Positions 50,700-63,419 of a DNA stretch of 64,000 nucleotides are shown here, one piece after another. Within the stretch, counting starts at the first letter, position 1; each line of letters starts with the position of its first letter. This DNA comes from Antechinus flavipes. Its lineage: Eukaryota. The notes beneath the pieces were generated by a model, which saw only the letters and a list, made by a program, of their open reading frames with translations, was not told where the DNA came from and did no database searches. The stretch is from the NCBI RefSeq assembly GCF_016432865.1, contig NC_067401.1:45570001-45634000 (forward strand), in the 5' to 3' direction. A program made the translations under genes and the position numbers.

Positions 50700-51360
50700 T
50701 AAGTAGAATACTCCCGCTCAAGAAGCTCACTGTTGCCTTTAAGAGGAAATATGCTTTCCTCTCCTTAACATTTAAAGCTCTTCATGAGCTATTTCCAAAG
50801 TACCTTATTAGTTTATTATGCATTCCTCCTCTTCATGCACTTTATGACCCACTTATTGCTCCTCATACAGCTTTATATATACTGTGTGTATATAAATACA
50901 CATATTCTTCCACCTGGGAGCTCTCTATATGGTTTCTCTAATACATAAATACATATTTGTATATGTAAATGTGTATATACACATTCATACATATATACAA
51001 CATACTATATACATAATTATAGCATGTATATAAACATGTTTGTATAATACAAATGTATGCATGCTGTGTATATGTATAGATCATATACATGTATATATAA
51101 TATGCATATTGTACATATGTGTAAATGTGTACATATAAAATGCATGTATGGAGAAAGTGTATATGTGCTTGTGTGTATGTGTGTATGTGTATAAACACAT
51201 TTTCCCTCACCTGGGAGTTGTCTATATGGTTTCCCCCAAATAGAATGTAAGCTCCTTGAGGACAAGGGAGATTTGTTTTTTGTCTTTAAATCCCCAACTT
51301 TATATATATTACCTAGCACCTAACAAATGCTAAAAAATTCTTTCTGGATGAATGAATGAA
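50700..51360 (+). mobile_element. L2 3' end containing an about 300-bp (TA/TG/CA)-rich expansion
   Basis: acatttaaagctcttcat… before the expansion; tagaatgtaagctccttgaggacaaggga…cctagcacc…gatgaatgaatgaa after it. Confidence 0.75.
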
Positions 51361-52400
51361 ACAAATGACAGAAACTCCTGGTTTATCTCTGACCTGCCAG
51401 ACCTGCAGGAATGCAGAGGAAGAATACTTTAGTTTTGGAGTGGAGATTTTCTCCTTCTCGGTAGCAGTCAGGAAGCTGGACTTCTGAATTCCTACCCAGG
51501 CCCTTTCCCACAAATATCTGGGTCACAGTTTGCATGTTCATCGATGGAACATGAAAACACACAGGTCTTATGTGGACAACTTGAGCTCATGGGAATGAGG
51601 GGGGTAGAAAAAGAAGAGGGGGGTCGATTCACTTGACTTCTGTTTCCATTCCCTCAACTCCAGCCAGGTTATGAAGGAAGCTTTGGAAGGCACCTATACC
51701 TAAAAGGCTGGAATCACTCTGAGAGGGTGACATGCTCCATTTCTTCATTGTGTCTGGTATTCTTCCTCACTCTTGATCCAACCTTCTCTGGCTCTTCAAG
51801 AGAAAAGTTAGCTTGCGTTTTATATTGCAGTTAATAAATGGAAACCTGGTTTTGCAGATGATTACAATAAAGCCTTTGTAGTCAGAGTTAAGGTTCACAA
51901 TCACCACATTGCTTCATGTCCCAGTCACAAAGTGCTTCAAAGGGCAGTTTTCCCTCTATAATGCTCTAATTTTTGAAGCTGACACATTATATGAGTGTTT
52001 TTAATAAAAGCACTAACAATGAGCTCTATTCTGCCAGTGTCAACTACTTATTCCCTCTTGTTGACTGAAGAGATATGGCTATTGAACAGTTTTGTAGAAT
52101 GTGAGAATATCTCCTGTCTAGTCTATGATATGGAGTCAATCGGGCAACCTATCGAGCTTGGAAAGCTCTATATATATTTGGAAAAATCCCACGAATGGAC
52201 TATGAGGTGGAACCAGAATAAAACAGGAAAAGAGAGGGATGGATGGCCTATAGTATGACATATATTTTATTATAGAGTATGAAATATGCTATATATTATC
52301 ATTATCTTTACATATTTAAAATATATAACATAGCATGAAATGTAATAAAGTAGCAAAAAATAAAGCAAGGTAACAAGCATTTCTTTCTTTCTTTTTTTTT

Positions 52401-52514
52401 GCTGAGACAAGTGGGGTCACAAAGCTAGGAAGTGTTAAGTATCTGGGGTCAGATTTGAACTCAGGTCCTCCTGACTTCAGGGTTGGTGCTCTATCCACCA
52501 CACTACCTAGCTGC
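52401..52514 (-). mobile_element. WSINE1-like SINE
   Basis: ggtcacaaagctaggaagtgttaagtatctgg…atttgaactcaggtcctcctgacttcagggttggtgctctatccac…cctagctgc. Confidence 0.87.
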
Positions 52515-52599
52515 ACTGAGGAACAAGAATTTCTTAAGAGCCTGTAATATACTAGATACTATTCTATACTTATAAATTTTTTTTATGTAATACAGTGAT

Positions 52600-52790
52600 A
52601 TCTAGCTGCATTGGATAAAGTATGGGTTTGGAATCAGGGAGATGTGGGTTCAAATGTAGTCTCAAATACTTCTTAGCTATGTGACCCTGTCGATTCACTT
52701 GACTTCTGTTTCCATTCCCTCAACTATAAATGGGCATCCTAACAGTGCTTGCCTCCTAGGGCTGTAGGGATCAAATGAGGTAATCCAAGA
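52600..52790 (+). mobile_element. MIR
   Basis: tggataaagtatgggtttggaatcaggg…gggttcaaat…gctatgtgaccctg…ataaatgggc…ggatcaaatgaggtaat. Confidence 0.8.
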
Positions 52791-53658
52791 CAGCACCAGA
52801 GCAGGAGACAGAACTGGATTCTAATACCAGCACTGTCACCTGTGTCTAACGTCACTCTGGTCTAATGAGTGATGCTCACTGAGGTCCCTTATAGCTTTGA
52901 AATCCCAGCAGTCTATGGCTCTGCTTTAACCACACTCTCCCTGGTTTTGCATTTTGGTATGTTATTTGATATTTGCCAAGAAAACTCGTGTTTCACAGAA
53001 ATCCTACATTCGTTTGATGCCATTTATCAGAGTGCAGTGAGGGAGCAGGAGGAAGCCAACTAAAATAACACATTTAGCATTTTCATTTTTCCGCTTAAGG
53101 TTAATGGTGAAAGTAAAAGCACTTTTAAAAAGCACTCACTAACGTGGAGGTCAGCCTGTGTCTGAGACTGTCGGACCCCAGCTGGCCCAGGGCTAGTCAC
53201 TGAAGCAGCCAGCTGTTTCCAGGACCTTTTCCCCGGTTCCTCTGTTATTCCAAGAGAAAAGACATGTGAGGGGATCACAGCAGAGGCAGTAGGCACAGAT
53301 TTTAATCACAGCTTTTCCTCTGCAGCTCCAAAGTGAGGTAGAAGATACTTTGAGATGACTATTGTTAGATCCTGGAGACAAGAAAGATTGTCCCTTACCC
53401 TCTCCCTCACACAGTGTCCATCTCCCAGTGCCTCAATACTTTTGCCCTACTTTTTTGCTTTCATTTGGGATGCCTGTTATATCAAACCAGGTGTGTAAAT
53501 ATAATTAAGACCCATTAGCTGCTTCTTTCATGCCCGTGCCCCAGTGAAATATAATTTTTTTTCCTAAAACAAAGAAAAAGCTAGGGTTTGCCCCCTGAGT
53601 GTGATGTAAGGAGAAAAGTGGCTGCTTCGACTATTTCCTAATTCTTGTTATTATTATT

Positions 53659-55240
53659 ATTTTTTTAAATAACTTTTTATTGATAGAACTCATGCCAGGG
53701 TAATTTTTTACAGCATTATCCCTTGCATTCACTTCTGTTCCGATTTTTCCCCTCCCTCCCTCCACCCCCTCCTCCAGATGGCAAGCAGTCCTTTACATGT
53801 TATAGGTTACAGTATATCCTGGATACAATATATGTGTACAGAACCGAACAGTTTTCTTGTTGCACAGGGAGAATTGGATTCAGAAGGTATAAATAACCCG
53901 GGAAGAAAAACAAAAATGCAAGCAGTTTATATTCATCTCTCAGTGTTCTTTCTTTGGGTGTAGATGCTTCTGCCCATCTTTGATCAGTTGAAACTGAATT
54001 AGCTCTCTTTATCGAAGAGATCCACTTCCATCAGAATACATCCTCATACAGTATCGTTGTTAATGATCTCCTGGTTCTGCTCATTTCATTCAGCATCAGT
54101 TCATGTAAGTCTCACCAGTCCTCTCTGTATTCATCCTGCTGGTCATTCCTTACAGAATAATAATATTCCATAACTTTCACATACCACAATTTACCCAGCC
54201 ATTCTCCAACTGATGGGCATCCATTCAATTTCCAGTTTCTAGCCACTACAAACAGGGCTGCCACAAACATTTTGGCACATACAGGTCCCTTTCCCTTCTT
54301 TAGTATCTCTTTGGAGTATAAGCCCAGTAGAAACACTGCTGGATCAAAGGGTATGCACAGTTTGATAACTTTTTGAGCATAATTCCAAATTGCTCTCCAG
54401 AATGGCTGGATGTGTTCACAATTCCACCAACAATGTATCAGTGTCCCTGTTTTCCCACATCCCCTCCAACATTCCACATTATCTTTCCCTGTCACTCTAG
54501 CCAATCTGACAGGTGTGTAGTGATATCTCAGAGTTGTCTTAATTTGCATTTCTCTGATTAATAATGATTTGGAGCATATTTTCATATGTCTATAAATAGT
54601 TTCAATTTCTTCATCTGAGAATTGTCTGTTCATATCCTTTGACCATTTATCAATTGGAGAATGGTTTGTTATAGATTAGAGTAAATTCTCTATATATTTT
54701 GGAAATGAGGCCTTTATCAGAACCTTTGATTGTAAAAATGTTTTCCCAGTTTATTGTTTCCCTTCTAATCTTGTCTGCATTTGTTTTGTTTGTACAAAAC
54801 CTTTTCAATTTGATATAATCAAAATTTTCTGTTTTGTGGTCAATCGCGATCTCTAGTTCTTCTTTGGTCATAAATTCCTACCTCTTCCACAGGTCTGACA
54901 GGTAAACTATCCTATGCTCTTCCAATTTATTTATAATCTCATTCTTTATGCCTAGGTCATAAACCCATTTTGACCTTATCTTGGTATACAGTGTTAAGTG
55001 TGGGTCAATGCCTAGTTTCTGCCATATTAATTTCCAATTTTCCCAGCAATTTTTGTCAAATAGTGCCTTCTTATCCCAGAAACTGGGGTCTTTGGGTTTG
55101 TCAAACACTATATTATTAAAGTTATTGGCTGTTTTGTCCTTTGAACCTAACCTATTTCATTGATCAACTAGTCTATTTCTTAGCCAATACCAGATGGTTT
55201 TAGTAACTGCTGCTTTATAATATAATTTTAGATCTGGTAT
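53659..55240 (-). mobile_element. 5'-truncated LINE-1 (about 1.6 kb): disrupted ORF2 C-terminal part + 3' UTR
   Basis: ORF pieces 54878-55108, 54650-54871 and 54112-54633 give L1 ORF2 motifs (LFDKNCWENW, KLKRFCTNK, REMQIKTTLRYHYTP, CWRGCGKTGTLIHCWW) broken by stops/frameshifts; near-TSD ttcttgttattattatt (53642-53658) / ttcttcttattattatt (55241-55257). Confidence 0.96.
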
Positions 55241-55378
55241 TTCTTCTTATTATTATTGTTGAAAAAGGCTTTGATATCTCTGGAATTTTCACCCAAATGG
55301 ACTTCACTTGGCCAGTATATTGAGTGTAATTATAGTAAATCCTAATTTGCTTAATAAAATTAAGTTCCCTCCCTCCCC

Positions 55379-55512
55379 CGAGGCAATTGGCGTTAAGTGA
55401 CTTGCCTGGGGTCACATAGCTAGGAAGTATTAAGTGTCTGAGGCTAAATTTGAACTCAGGTCCTCCTGACTTCAGGGCTGGTACTCTATCCACTACAACA
55501 CCTAGCTGTCCC
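55379..55512 (-). mobile_element. WSINE1-like SINE
   Basis: gaggcaattggcgttaagtgacttgcctggggtcacatagctagg…atttgaactcagg…cctagctgtccc. Confidence 0.9.
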
Positions 55513-56479
55513 TAAAATTAAGTTTTAGTGGAGCTCACAAGTTGGACACTTTGAAATCTTTCATCAGTTTGAAAAAAATCCATATAAATTTTTATGGAGT
55601 ATCCTATTAACTACCTGCTGCTGGCATCAAGCTTTGGGCTCTGTTTCTGTTAAGGAATAAGGTCATTCTTCATTTGCTAAAAACTGATGGGACTGCTCTG
55701 ATAATTAAACTCTACAGGACACAGGAGCACTGACATATTTAAACCCTTTTAAAATATGCAAAAGGAGGAGAAAAAAGTTATACACTTGCATTGACTAACT
55801 GTTCTTCTAATGAAACCAGAGCAATATGGTTCTTTAGTTATCTTTAACAAAGGACTTCAGAGTTTTCCCAAAACATTATATAAAAACCCTGAAGGACCTG
55901 GTACCAGACTAGCATACCGACTTTGCTAAAAGGACATCTGCCTAAAAGGCTACATTTTAGACTATGACTTTTTAAAAGGTCATCGCCCTGCTGGACTTGG
56001 TGCAGAATGAGATACATAAGTCTCTGGACATGGCCAACTTGGGAATTTGTTTTGCTTTACTATGCATTTTAGCCATAAGGATTCCACCCCAGCAACACAC
56101 ATACACACATCAGTGGTTGTGGGAAGGATGATTGGATTAGAAACTTGATTTTTGTCAAATGAAAAACATCTAATGATAAAAAGTTGTCTTTCTTGGAATT
56201 ATTTCTTTAAATAGTTTCACTATATATTTTAAAATCATTTTTGAAAATAAAAAGACTAGGGACCGGTATGAATTGACCACATGTTCAATATAATCTTTTT
56301 TCCAGTAACATCACCTCTTGTGAGCTTATATGTCTCAAATACCCACCAATTTAATTCAGCAAGCCTTTATTAAGTGGTTACTTTCTGTAAGGCATAGTAC
56401 CATGTGCCAAAAATACAAAGATGAGGAACACTTTCAGCTGGAGGATCAGGACATCATAGAATTAAAGAAACTGAGTTGG

Positions 56480-57010
56480 AAGGGACTTCAGAGCCTATCT
56501 AATCTAACTTTCACCTATTGCAGCCCCCTATTTGCACTATTAGCCATCCCTCCAATTTTCACAGAGTCTGTAAATCTGGCAAATGAACTTGATATAGTTT
56601 CATGCAAATCATTTATAAAAATTTTGAAAATCATAGGGCCAAGATTATATATTCCTGGGGTACTTCTTGTAGACCTCCAAATTGATACCAATTTATTAAA
56701 ATCTATTCTTTGTGCCAGGTCATTCACCCAACATTATATATCCCTACATATTCTATCACCTAGGTTGCATGTCCTTCTTTTGCCAAGAAGGATAGTTTCT
56801 GTTTTGCTGAATCAAAGTATACTATTTCTAAATCATCCTTTAAATTTATCAGTCTAGCTACCTCATCAAAAAAGGAAATGAGTTTAATTTTGCCATGACC
56901 TATTCTTGATGAAGTCATGCTGTCTTTTTGTGATCAGCGCTTCCCTTTCTAAATACTCAAAATCCATCCCTTTATTAATGTGTTCTAAAATGTTGTCAGG
57001 AATAGAAATA
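56480..57010 (-). mobile_element. CR1/L3 reverse transcriptase remnant
   Basis: ORF 56515-56727 gives TPGIYNLGPMIFKIFINDLHETISSSFARFTDSVKIGG, matching the CR1 RT motif GVPQGSVLGPVLFNIFINDL…KFADDTKLGG. Confidence 0.85.
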
Positions 57011-59199
57011 AAGTTCACTGGACACAGCAGTCTAAAAACTGTTTTTATTTAGGTAGAGGATGGTGCTATCACTATCTGAGATGGGGTATCCTCTCTAGAC
57101 ATTTTTTTCCCCCTCCTTCGCCTGGCACCCCATCCCCATTTATTTCCTGGAAACTTCTATGCCAAGAATCTTTCAGTTTCGAATTTGAATCAGTCTTGCT
57201 AATGAGCACCTTTTTACTCACTACAGCAGAAATCCAAATCAATCATACATGTCTAGTTGACCTTTCCTATCAGGTACCTGACATTCAGAGAGAAGGCTCT
57301 ATATAGTGTAGAGTGATAAGATAAGAATGCAGAATCCCCTTGAGCCTTTTTCTTGTCTTGCCTCTGATCATCTATGATTATATTATCTGCTCAGAGGCCT
57401 CGATTCCTCCTCTTCACCAAATTTTAGATCTAGCCTGCTTCTCCAGAGATTGTATTCTAGTCTTTTCAGTGACTGTGATCTGAAAACATTTCTTTTCTTC
57501 TACCTCAAGAAAATTTCAAGTTACCTCATGAGAGTTAATAAAAGTCTATTGATTTCAGTACTAACTGGCTGACTGGTCCATCTCTTCAGTGTACATCTGT
57601 ATATATATTGCCAAGGGTCAGATGCATAGGATTAGGACATTGGTCTATAATTTGTGACCTTTGCCCTTTCTCCAATCCTTTAGTCCGCCTCCTATTTTTT
57701 TAAGATGCCTCAAAGATTATCAAAAGAAACTCCTAGTAACCAATTAAATAAGTGTTCTCACAGATGTTTGTTATCATCATCTTACCCTATCCAATTAACA
57801 GTATTCCTTCTTTAATATTCCTCTCGACCTCAAATCAACTGAAACAAAACAGATCCCATTTTGTTATTCTTTATAATCAGCCTTAATTCTTTTTGGGCTT
57901 CAGTGGGTCTGATGTTTTAATTTCATACCAAAGCCTTCCTGACTATGACCTGTAATGGTATAGTAACAACTGGATTCCAAGACCATAGTGGAATGAAGAT
58001 TTGTGTCCTTGTGTTTCTTTCCATTCATTCATGGGCATAATGGAGAAGCTATAAGCTTTGGAGTGCAGGAACTGTTTTACTTTCCAGTGCCTGGCAAATA
58101 GCTGATGTTAATTGATTGGGAGAAAAAAGGACTTGGGAGATCCCTTGAGATTTTTGGAGGTAACATGTGTTGCAAAAGTATTTCATCCCCTCTCTGTCTT
58201 TTTCTCAGAGAAATGTAATCAAATCAACACCACCACTGCGTTTGCAAATAGCATGTCATTCTACTAATCATTCTCTGTGACTTCTCAGATCAAAACTTAT
58301 ATTTGTATTCCTGGTGCTTAGCACAGTGACTAGCATACAGTAAACACTTAAGCTTTTTTCCTCTCCTTCTCTCCCTTACTTCCTCCCTTTCTTCCTCCCT
58401 CCCTTACTTCCTTCTTTCTTTTTTCTTTTCTTCCCTCCTTCTCTCCCTCTTTTTTTTTCTTCCTTTCTTCTCTTCTTCCTTCTTTCAAAAAGGAAAATTA
58501 CATAGAAAAGTCTTTAAATTCCTGTATAATGAAAAGGGAGATCGTAGATGCTTATCTCTACTCTCCTCCCTCTACTGGTAGATAAGGGTAGAACCAAAGG
58601 GGTGATTAGCTGTGACCAACTTTCATTCCAGGTTATTGACTTTCACTGGCTCAATTCACCCCATCAAAGCCTTGCTTTCCCATTAGTACACACAGACCAG
58701 TGATATTCCATGAAGAGACATCTCCTTCTTGAATATCTAGAAGATATACCTTGAGTATCAGGATGGGAAACAGGATCAGATCACTTAATAATATGAGTAG
58801 AATATTTCAATAACCTCCTCTCCAAATATGTGTTGAGAGCTACATTTCCTGAAATAGCCCTCAATATACTGAGGGTACATTCTTATAGACAAGCAGTAAG
58901 TTAATCTGTGTCCCAGTGGATGGACCCTTTGCTCAGTATCAACAGTCCTCAACAGTAGTAGCCCAATAGTAAGAATAGCATTGTAGCACAAAAAATATAA
59001 AAATACCTGAAACCTCAATAAGGTCAATACCATAATCTATGAATTTTAACAAAAAAATTTACTTCTACTAGTAATTTCTTTACCTAAAATAATATTCAAT
59101 ATCAGTCAAATAATTAATCAAATAATTATGTAGCAGATAGATAATGTGGATAGCAAAAAGAGTCTGTAGGCAGAAAGCTCTGAGTTATTGACAATTATC

Positions 59200-59600
59200 A
59201 ACCTTATCATCCATTCCTAAACCGTGTATCTCCATGGTGAATGAACTTAATTCCACCATGATTCACATTTAGATACTTCCCTCAATAATATTATCCTTAT
59301 TGATGAGACAGAATACACATTATTCACATTTTAAAGATCAAGAAATTGTCACTTCTTGGTCATCTTCTTCCCATATTGTCTATGACATCCAGATTTCCAC
59401 CTCTTCTCTTTTCTATAGCAATGCTGACTCTGGACCTCAGTTCCCTGGCTCTTCGGGAGCTAAGCCTCCAAGACACCTCCTGGCCATCCAGCCATGAAGC
59501 AGTTCACTTTTAAATGTTGTCTTCCCCCATTAGAATGTAAACTTTTTAAATGCAGTGACTATCTTGCTTGTTTGCATTTATAGTTGCACAATGTAGTGGC
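59200..59600 (+). mobile_element. L2 fragment with 3' end
   Basis: tgttgtcttcccccattagaatgtaaac…gactatcttgcttg…aataaa. Confidence 0.6.
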
Positions 59601-59769
59601 AGGCACAGAATAAACCTATTTCTCAGGTTAGGAGACCCATCCATGAAATTATTGGAAACTACTGGCCCAGAACCTATACAATGGCCATTTGTCTCTGGGT
59701 CTACCTAGTCTTGAGCAGAAAACAGCTCTGTTCCATTCAGAGTGAGTACAATAGCACTGTCCATTTGTG

Positions 59770-60400
59770 CTTTCTAGAACAGGATGATAATGAATTGCCA
59801 GATTGGAGAAAGAACATTGTTATCCTGTGCAGAAGGTAGCTTTAATGGAGAAAGGGGGTGATTTTAAGCTTTGTAGATTTGTTGAGGCTGATGAACAAAT
59901 CCCAAATCTGAGAACAGATTTAGAGCCACTGTTATTTGTTTGTAAAATCAGGTTACAAGATGGTTATTTTTCCTCTAAGGAAAAAAAAAAACAGCCCAAG
60001 ATTGCTCTAGCTTTTAAATTTTGTTCTGTGGATTCCCTATTGAGCAGAGATGGAAGTTAAGGGGGTCAATTGTCCAGGAAATCAAATTGGTAGAAGGCAG
60101 CACAATCCTGGCTGGATTGGAGCAGTAATGATAGATGGGCAGTTATCTCTCATAATCAGAGAAGAAGAGAGGAAGAGTATGTTATTTTCTATTTTTTGAG
60201 GGTGGGAGTGGGATTCAGACTAGGTGAGCAGGACTGAGCTGGAGGGGTCTGTTTGAGTGAGGAGAAGGAATGTCTAAATAAGTGTAGAGCTAGGGAGGGA
60301 AGAGGAGCTAGACAGGGAGGTGAGTCACCAGATTCGAGGGATAAGCAAGAATATGGTCAAAACACAGGATGAAAGTTGATAAAATTTGGAACATAGTTTA
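59770..60400 (-). mobile_element. L2 ORF2 remnant
   Basis: Purine-rich antisense L2 sequence (…gagggtgggagtgggattcagactagg…gggaggtgagtcaccagattcgaggg…). Confidence 0.55.
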
Positions 60401-60409
60401 CGAGGAGGA

Positions 60410-60620
60410 ATAATAAAAGCTGGATTCAAATCCAGCCTCAACCATTTACTAGTTATTTGATTCTGGGTAAGTCACTTAATCACTGTCTACCTCACTTTTC
60501 CCATCTTTAAAATGGGAATAATAGTAGTACCTTCTCTGTAGCATTGTTGTGAGGGTCAAATGAGATGATATTTGTAAAGTACTTTGTAAACTTTAAGGTG
60601 CTATATAAATGCTAGCTGTA
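60410..60620 (+). mobile_element. MIR
   Basis: tggattcaaatccagcctca…gggtaagtcacttaat…atgagatgatatttgtaaagtactttgtaaac…ctatataaatgctagct. Confidence 0.85.
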
Positions 60621-60890
60621 ATAGTAATAATTATTATTTTTACTGGAAAGCAACAAGTCTATTATGGTCATCAATGTCTGCCACAGTCATGTCCTAAGAA
60701 AAAGGGAGTAATAATAATAATGTTAATCATCATAATAACTTATAATCTATGCTAATGTAATATTTATAGTCTAGGGTCTTTCCATTGTGGGAAGAGGGCA
60801 AAAATTCTTTATCATTTATCTTGAAGAGATGAGGAAGCGGGGTTCAGTTGAGTCTGAGGCACTTAGGTTTTTGGTTATTTGTTTTTTAGT

Positions 60891-61000
60891 GGGGCAATTG
60901 GAGTTAAGTGACTTACTCAGGGTCTAGTAAGTATTAAGGGTCTGAATCTACATTAGAAGTATGACTCCAGGGCTCTCTCCACTGCACCACCTAGCTGCCC
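60891..61000 (-). mobile_element. WSINE1-like SINE
   Basis: ggggcaattggagttaagtgacttactcaggg…ccactgcaccacctagctgccc. Confidence 0.8.
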
Positions 61001-62153
61001 TGAGCTTGAGAGAGTCAGATTATCACTGATTCTATATTTGTTGTCTACTTCCCACAACTACTGGGAAATTACCTAATGTGGACCAGGACATACAACACAC
61101 ACAAATCCACACACACACTCACACACAAGAAATGTCTTTTTTTGGAAAGGGATTGGGAGATACTAGCAGAGATTTGTTTTTTATTCTGGAAGATAATTTT
61201 TGAGGGGGAGCTATGTAAAGTCACCAGCTTTACTTTCTCCCCCAGAACCATCTGGATCCAGCAGCAAGATAACAGATCAGGAGGCCAGGAGATGGCATTG
61301 GATGCAGTGGAATACCTTGGCTTTTTAAAGCTAAGAACTTTAACAGGTTTCAGTTCAACTGAGGCAATACCCAATCAGTGATTTCTTATCAGCAGAGACA
61401 CCATTAAAGGGAAGGCATCTGAATATCCTATCTGAGGCTCTTTCAAACATGCCCAGAGGCTAAGGGAAGGAGAAGAAACTTTAGAAAACGTATTCATATC
61501 TGCAGCCTGCTGCTGAATTTATATTACAGTCTCATCAAAGGCTCACTTGGTGATGTAGCAAACCCTAGCCGCAGTGCTGGGTAGCAAACACTGTTAAGTA
61601 CACTAGAAGTCCCAAGGGAAGGGGAAGCACAGATTCCTGGTTGCCTTCCTAGTGGATCAGCATACTAATAGAAATACAAGAGAAGGAAAAAGGACTTGTT
61701 ACCCAAAAAAAACCTAAGCTGTGTCTCTCCATAGTACACTAGAAAATCTTACCTACCTACATCTGTTTTTCTATCACTTTGATTTACCTGTATTTACAAA
61801 ATAAGTTTCTGTGATACATATCAGTAAATGTCCTTATATCCTTTCTCCTGGTAAGTAAATAAGCATTGGGTAAGCTCCAGGCACTCTAGTAAATGAAAAC
61901 AAGGGCAAATGAAAGTTCTTGCCCTTGAGATGCTTACTATCTACCTAAAGGGAGACAACATACAAACAGAAGCTCTATATAGAATAAATTGGAGATAATC
62001 AGCAGAGGGAAGGTACTGATTACCATTAAAGGAGACTGACAAAGACTTCTTGGAAAGGTAGGATTTTAGCCAATACTTGAAGGAAATCAGGAGATGATAG
62101 ATGAGGAGAATATTTCATATGAGAAAGATTGTCAACGAAAATCTCCAAAGTCA

Positions 62154-62290
62154 CAGGCAGCTAAATGGTATGGTGGATAGAGCACTGGCCCTGAAGTCAG
62201 GAGGACCTGAGTTCAAAATGCTTAATGTGTAATAGCTGTGTGACTCTGGGCAAGTCACAATCCCAATTACCTTACAAAAAAAAAAAAAGA
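62154..62290 (+). mobile_element. WSINE1-like SINE inserted in L2
   Basis: ggcagctaaatggtatggtggatagagcactggccctgaagtcaggaggacctgagttcaaa…polyA. Confidence 0.85.
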
Positions 62291-63419
62291 CTTAAAAACC
62301 CCCCAACATATCCAAAGTCAGGAAATGTTTAAGGAGTTTAAGGAATAGCAAAGAGGTCAGCATTACTGTATCACAGAGTACCTGAGAGAGAATAAGATAT
62401 AGGAAGACTAGAAAGATTGGGGGAGTAAGAAGGAAGCAGGTTATAAAAAGCTCTGAATGACAACCAAGAGATTTTTTATTTGATCCTACATTTAAACACT
62501 TAGAAGTAATAGAGAGCCACTGAAATTCACTGAATGGGAGTATGTGTAGCATGATCAGACATATAATTTAACCAAACTTTTTTTTGATAATAGCTTTTTA
62601 TTTTCAAAATACATGCAAAGATAGTTTTCAATATTCACCTCTGCAAAACCTTTGTTCCAAATTGTTCTCCGTCCCTCCCCTGTATCCCTTATATTAATCC
62701 AATGTAGGTTAAACATGTGTAATTCTTCCAAACATATCAGACATGTAATTTAGAAAAGGTCTCTTTGGTAGTGAATAGCCTAGGAAAGACTAGGGGCAAG
62801 GAGCTATTGCAATAACCTGGGCATAGGATAATGGGGACTCCATTGGTGGCAGTTTCAAAGGAGAGAAGATGGAATAAATGGAATAAATAAGAGTTATTGT
62901 GAAGGTCCAATGAACAGGGGTTGGCAATTGATTGAATGTGGGGGTTTGGAGTAGAGAAAGTGGGAAGTTGAGTATAATACTTAAGGTCTAAACCTGGCTT
63001 CCTAGGAGGATAGTGGTGCTCTTGAGAGTAATAAGAAAATTAGGAAAAAGAGGTTTCTCCCTCAAACTTCATTTCCAATGGAAATGGAAATAGGCTCACT
63101 TACAAAATAACCTCAAATGCTTTTTTTCTGCTTCCACAGCCTTGTGGGATTTGAGCAGAGAATCTTTTCTGTCTGGTCCAAGAAATAGCTATATATGGAT
63201 AAAGAGCTGGTTGTTTTCTATTCTAGAAGAGGAAAGAAAACAACTGGAAGAACATATCTGTGTTCTTTTGGTTATCAAAGAGAATTCCTTGGAATAATGT
63301 AAGCTGCAAGGAAAGGATGGAAAAGAAAATAGAGTCAAAAAAACAGAGGATTAACTTAACTCAGAGGCTGATAGATAGTAAACGATATTACACAGTAAGA
63401 AAGGGAAGAAGAATCAATG

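Noticed and set aside
54112-55108. Functional L1 ORF2
   Set aside because: 5'-truncated (no EN/RT core, ORF1 or promoter) and broken into three pieces.
56330-56857. 175-aa plus-strand ORF
   Set aside because: Antisense to a CR1/L3 RT remnant and starts in an L2/MIR end; no coherent protein.
30310-60440. 20-bp identity TGGATTCAAATCCAGCCTCA at about 30310 and 60421
   Set aside because: Conserved B-box region of two independent MIR/Mar1 copies, not a local duplication.
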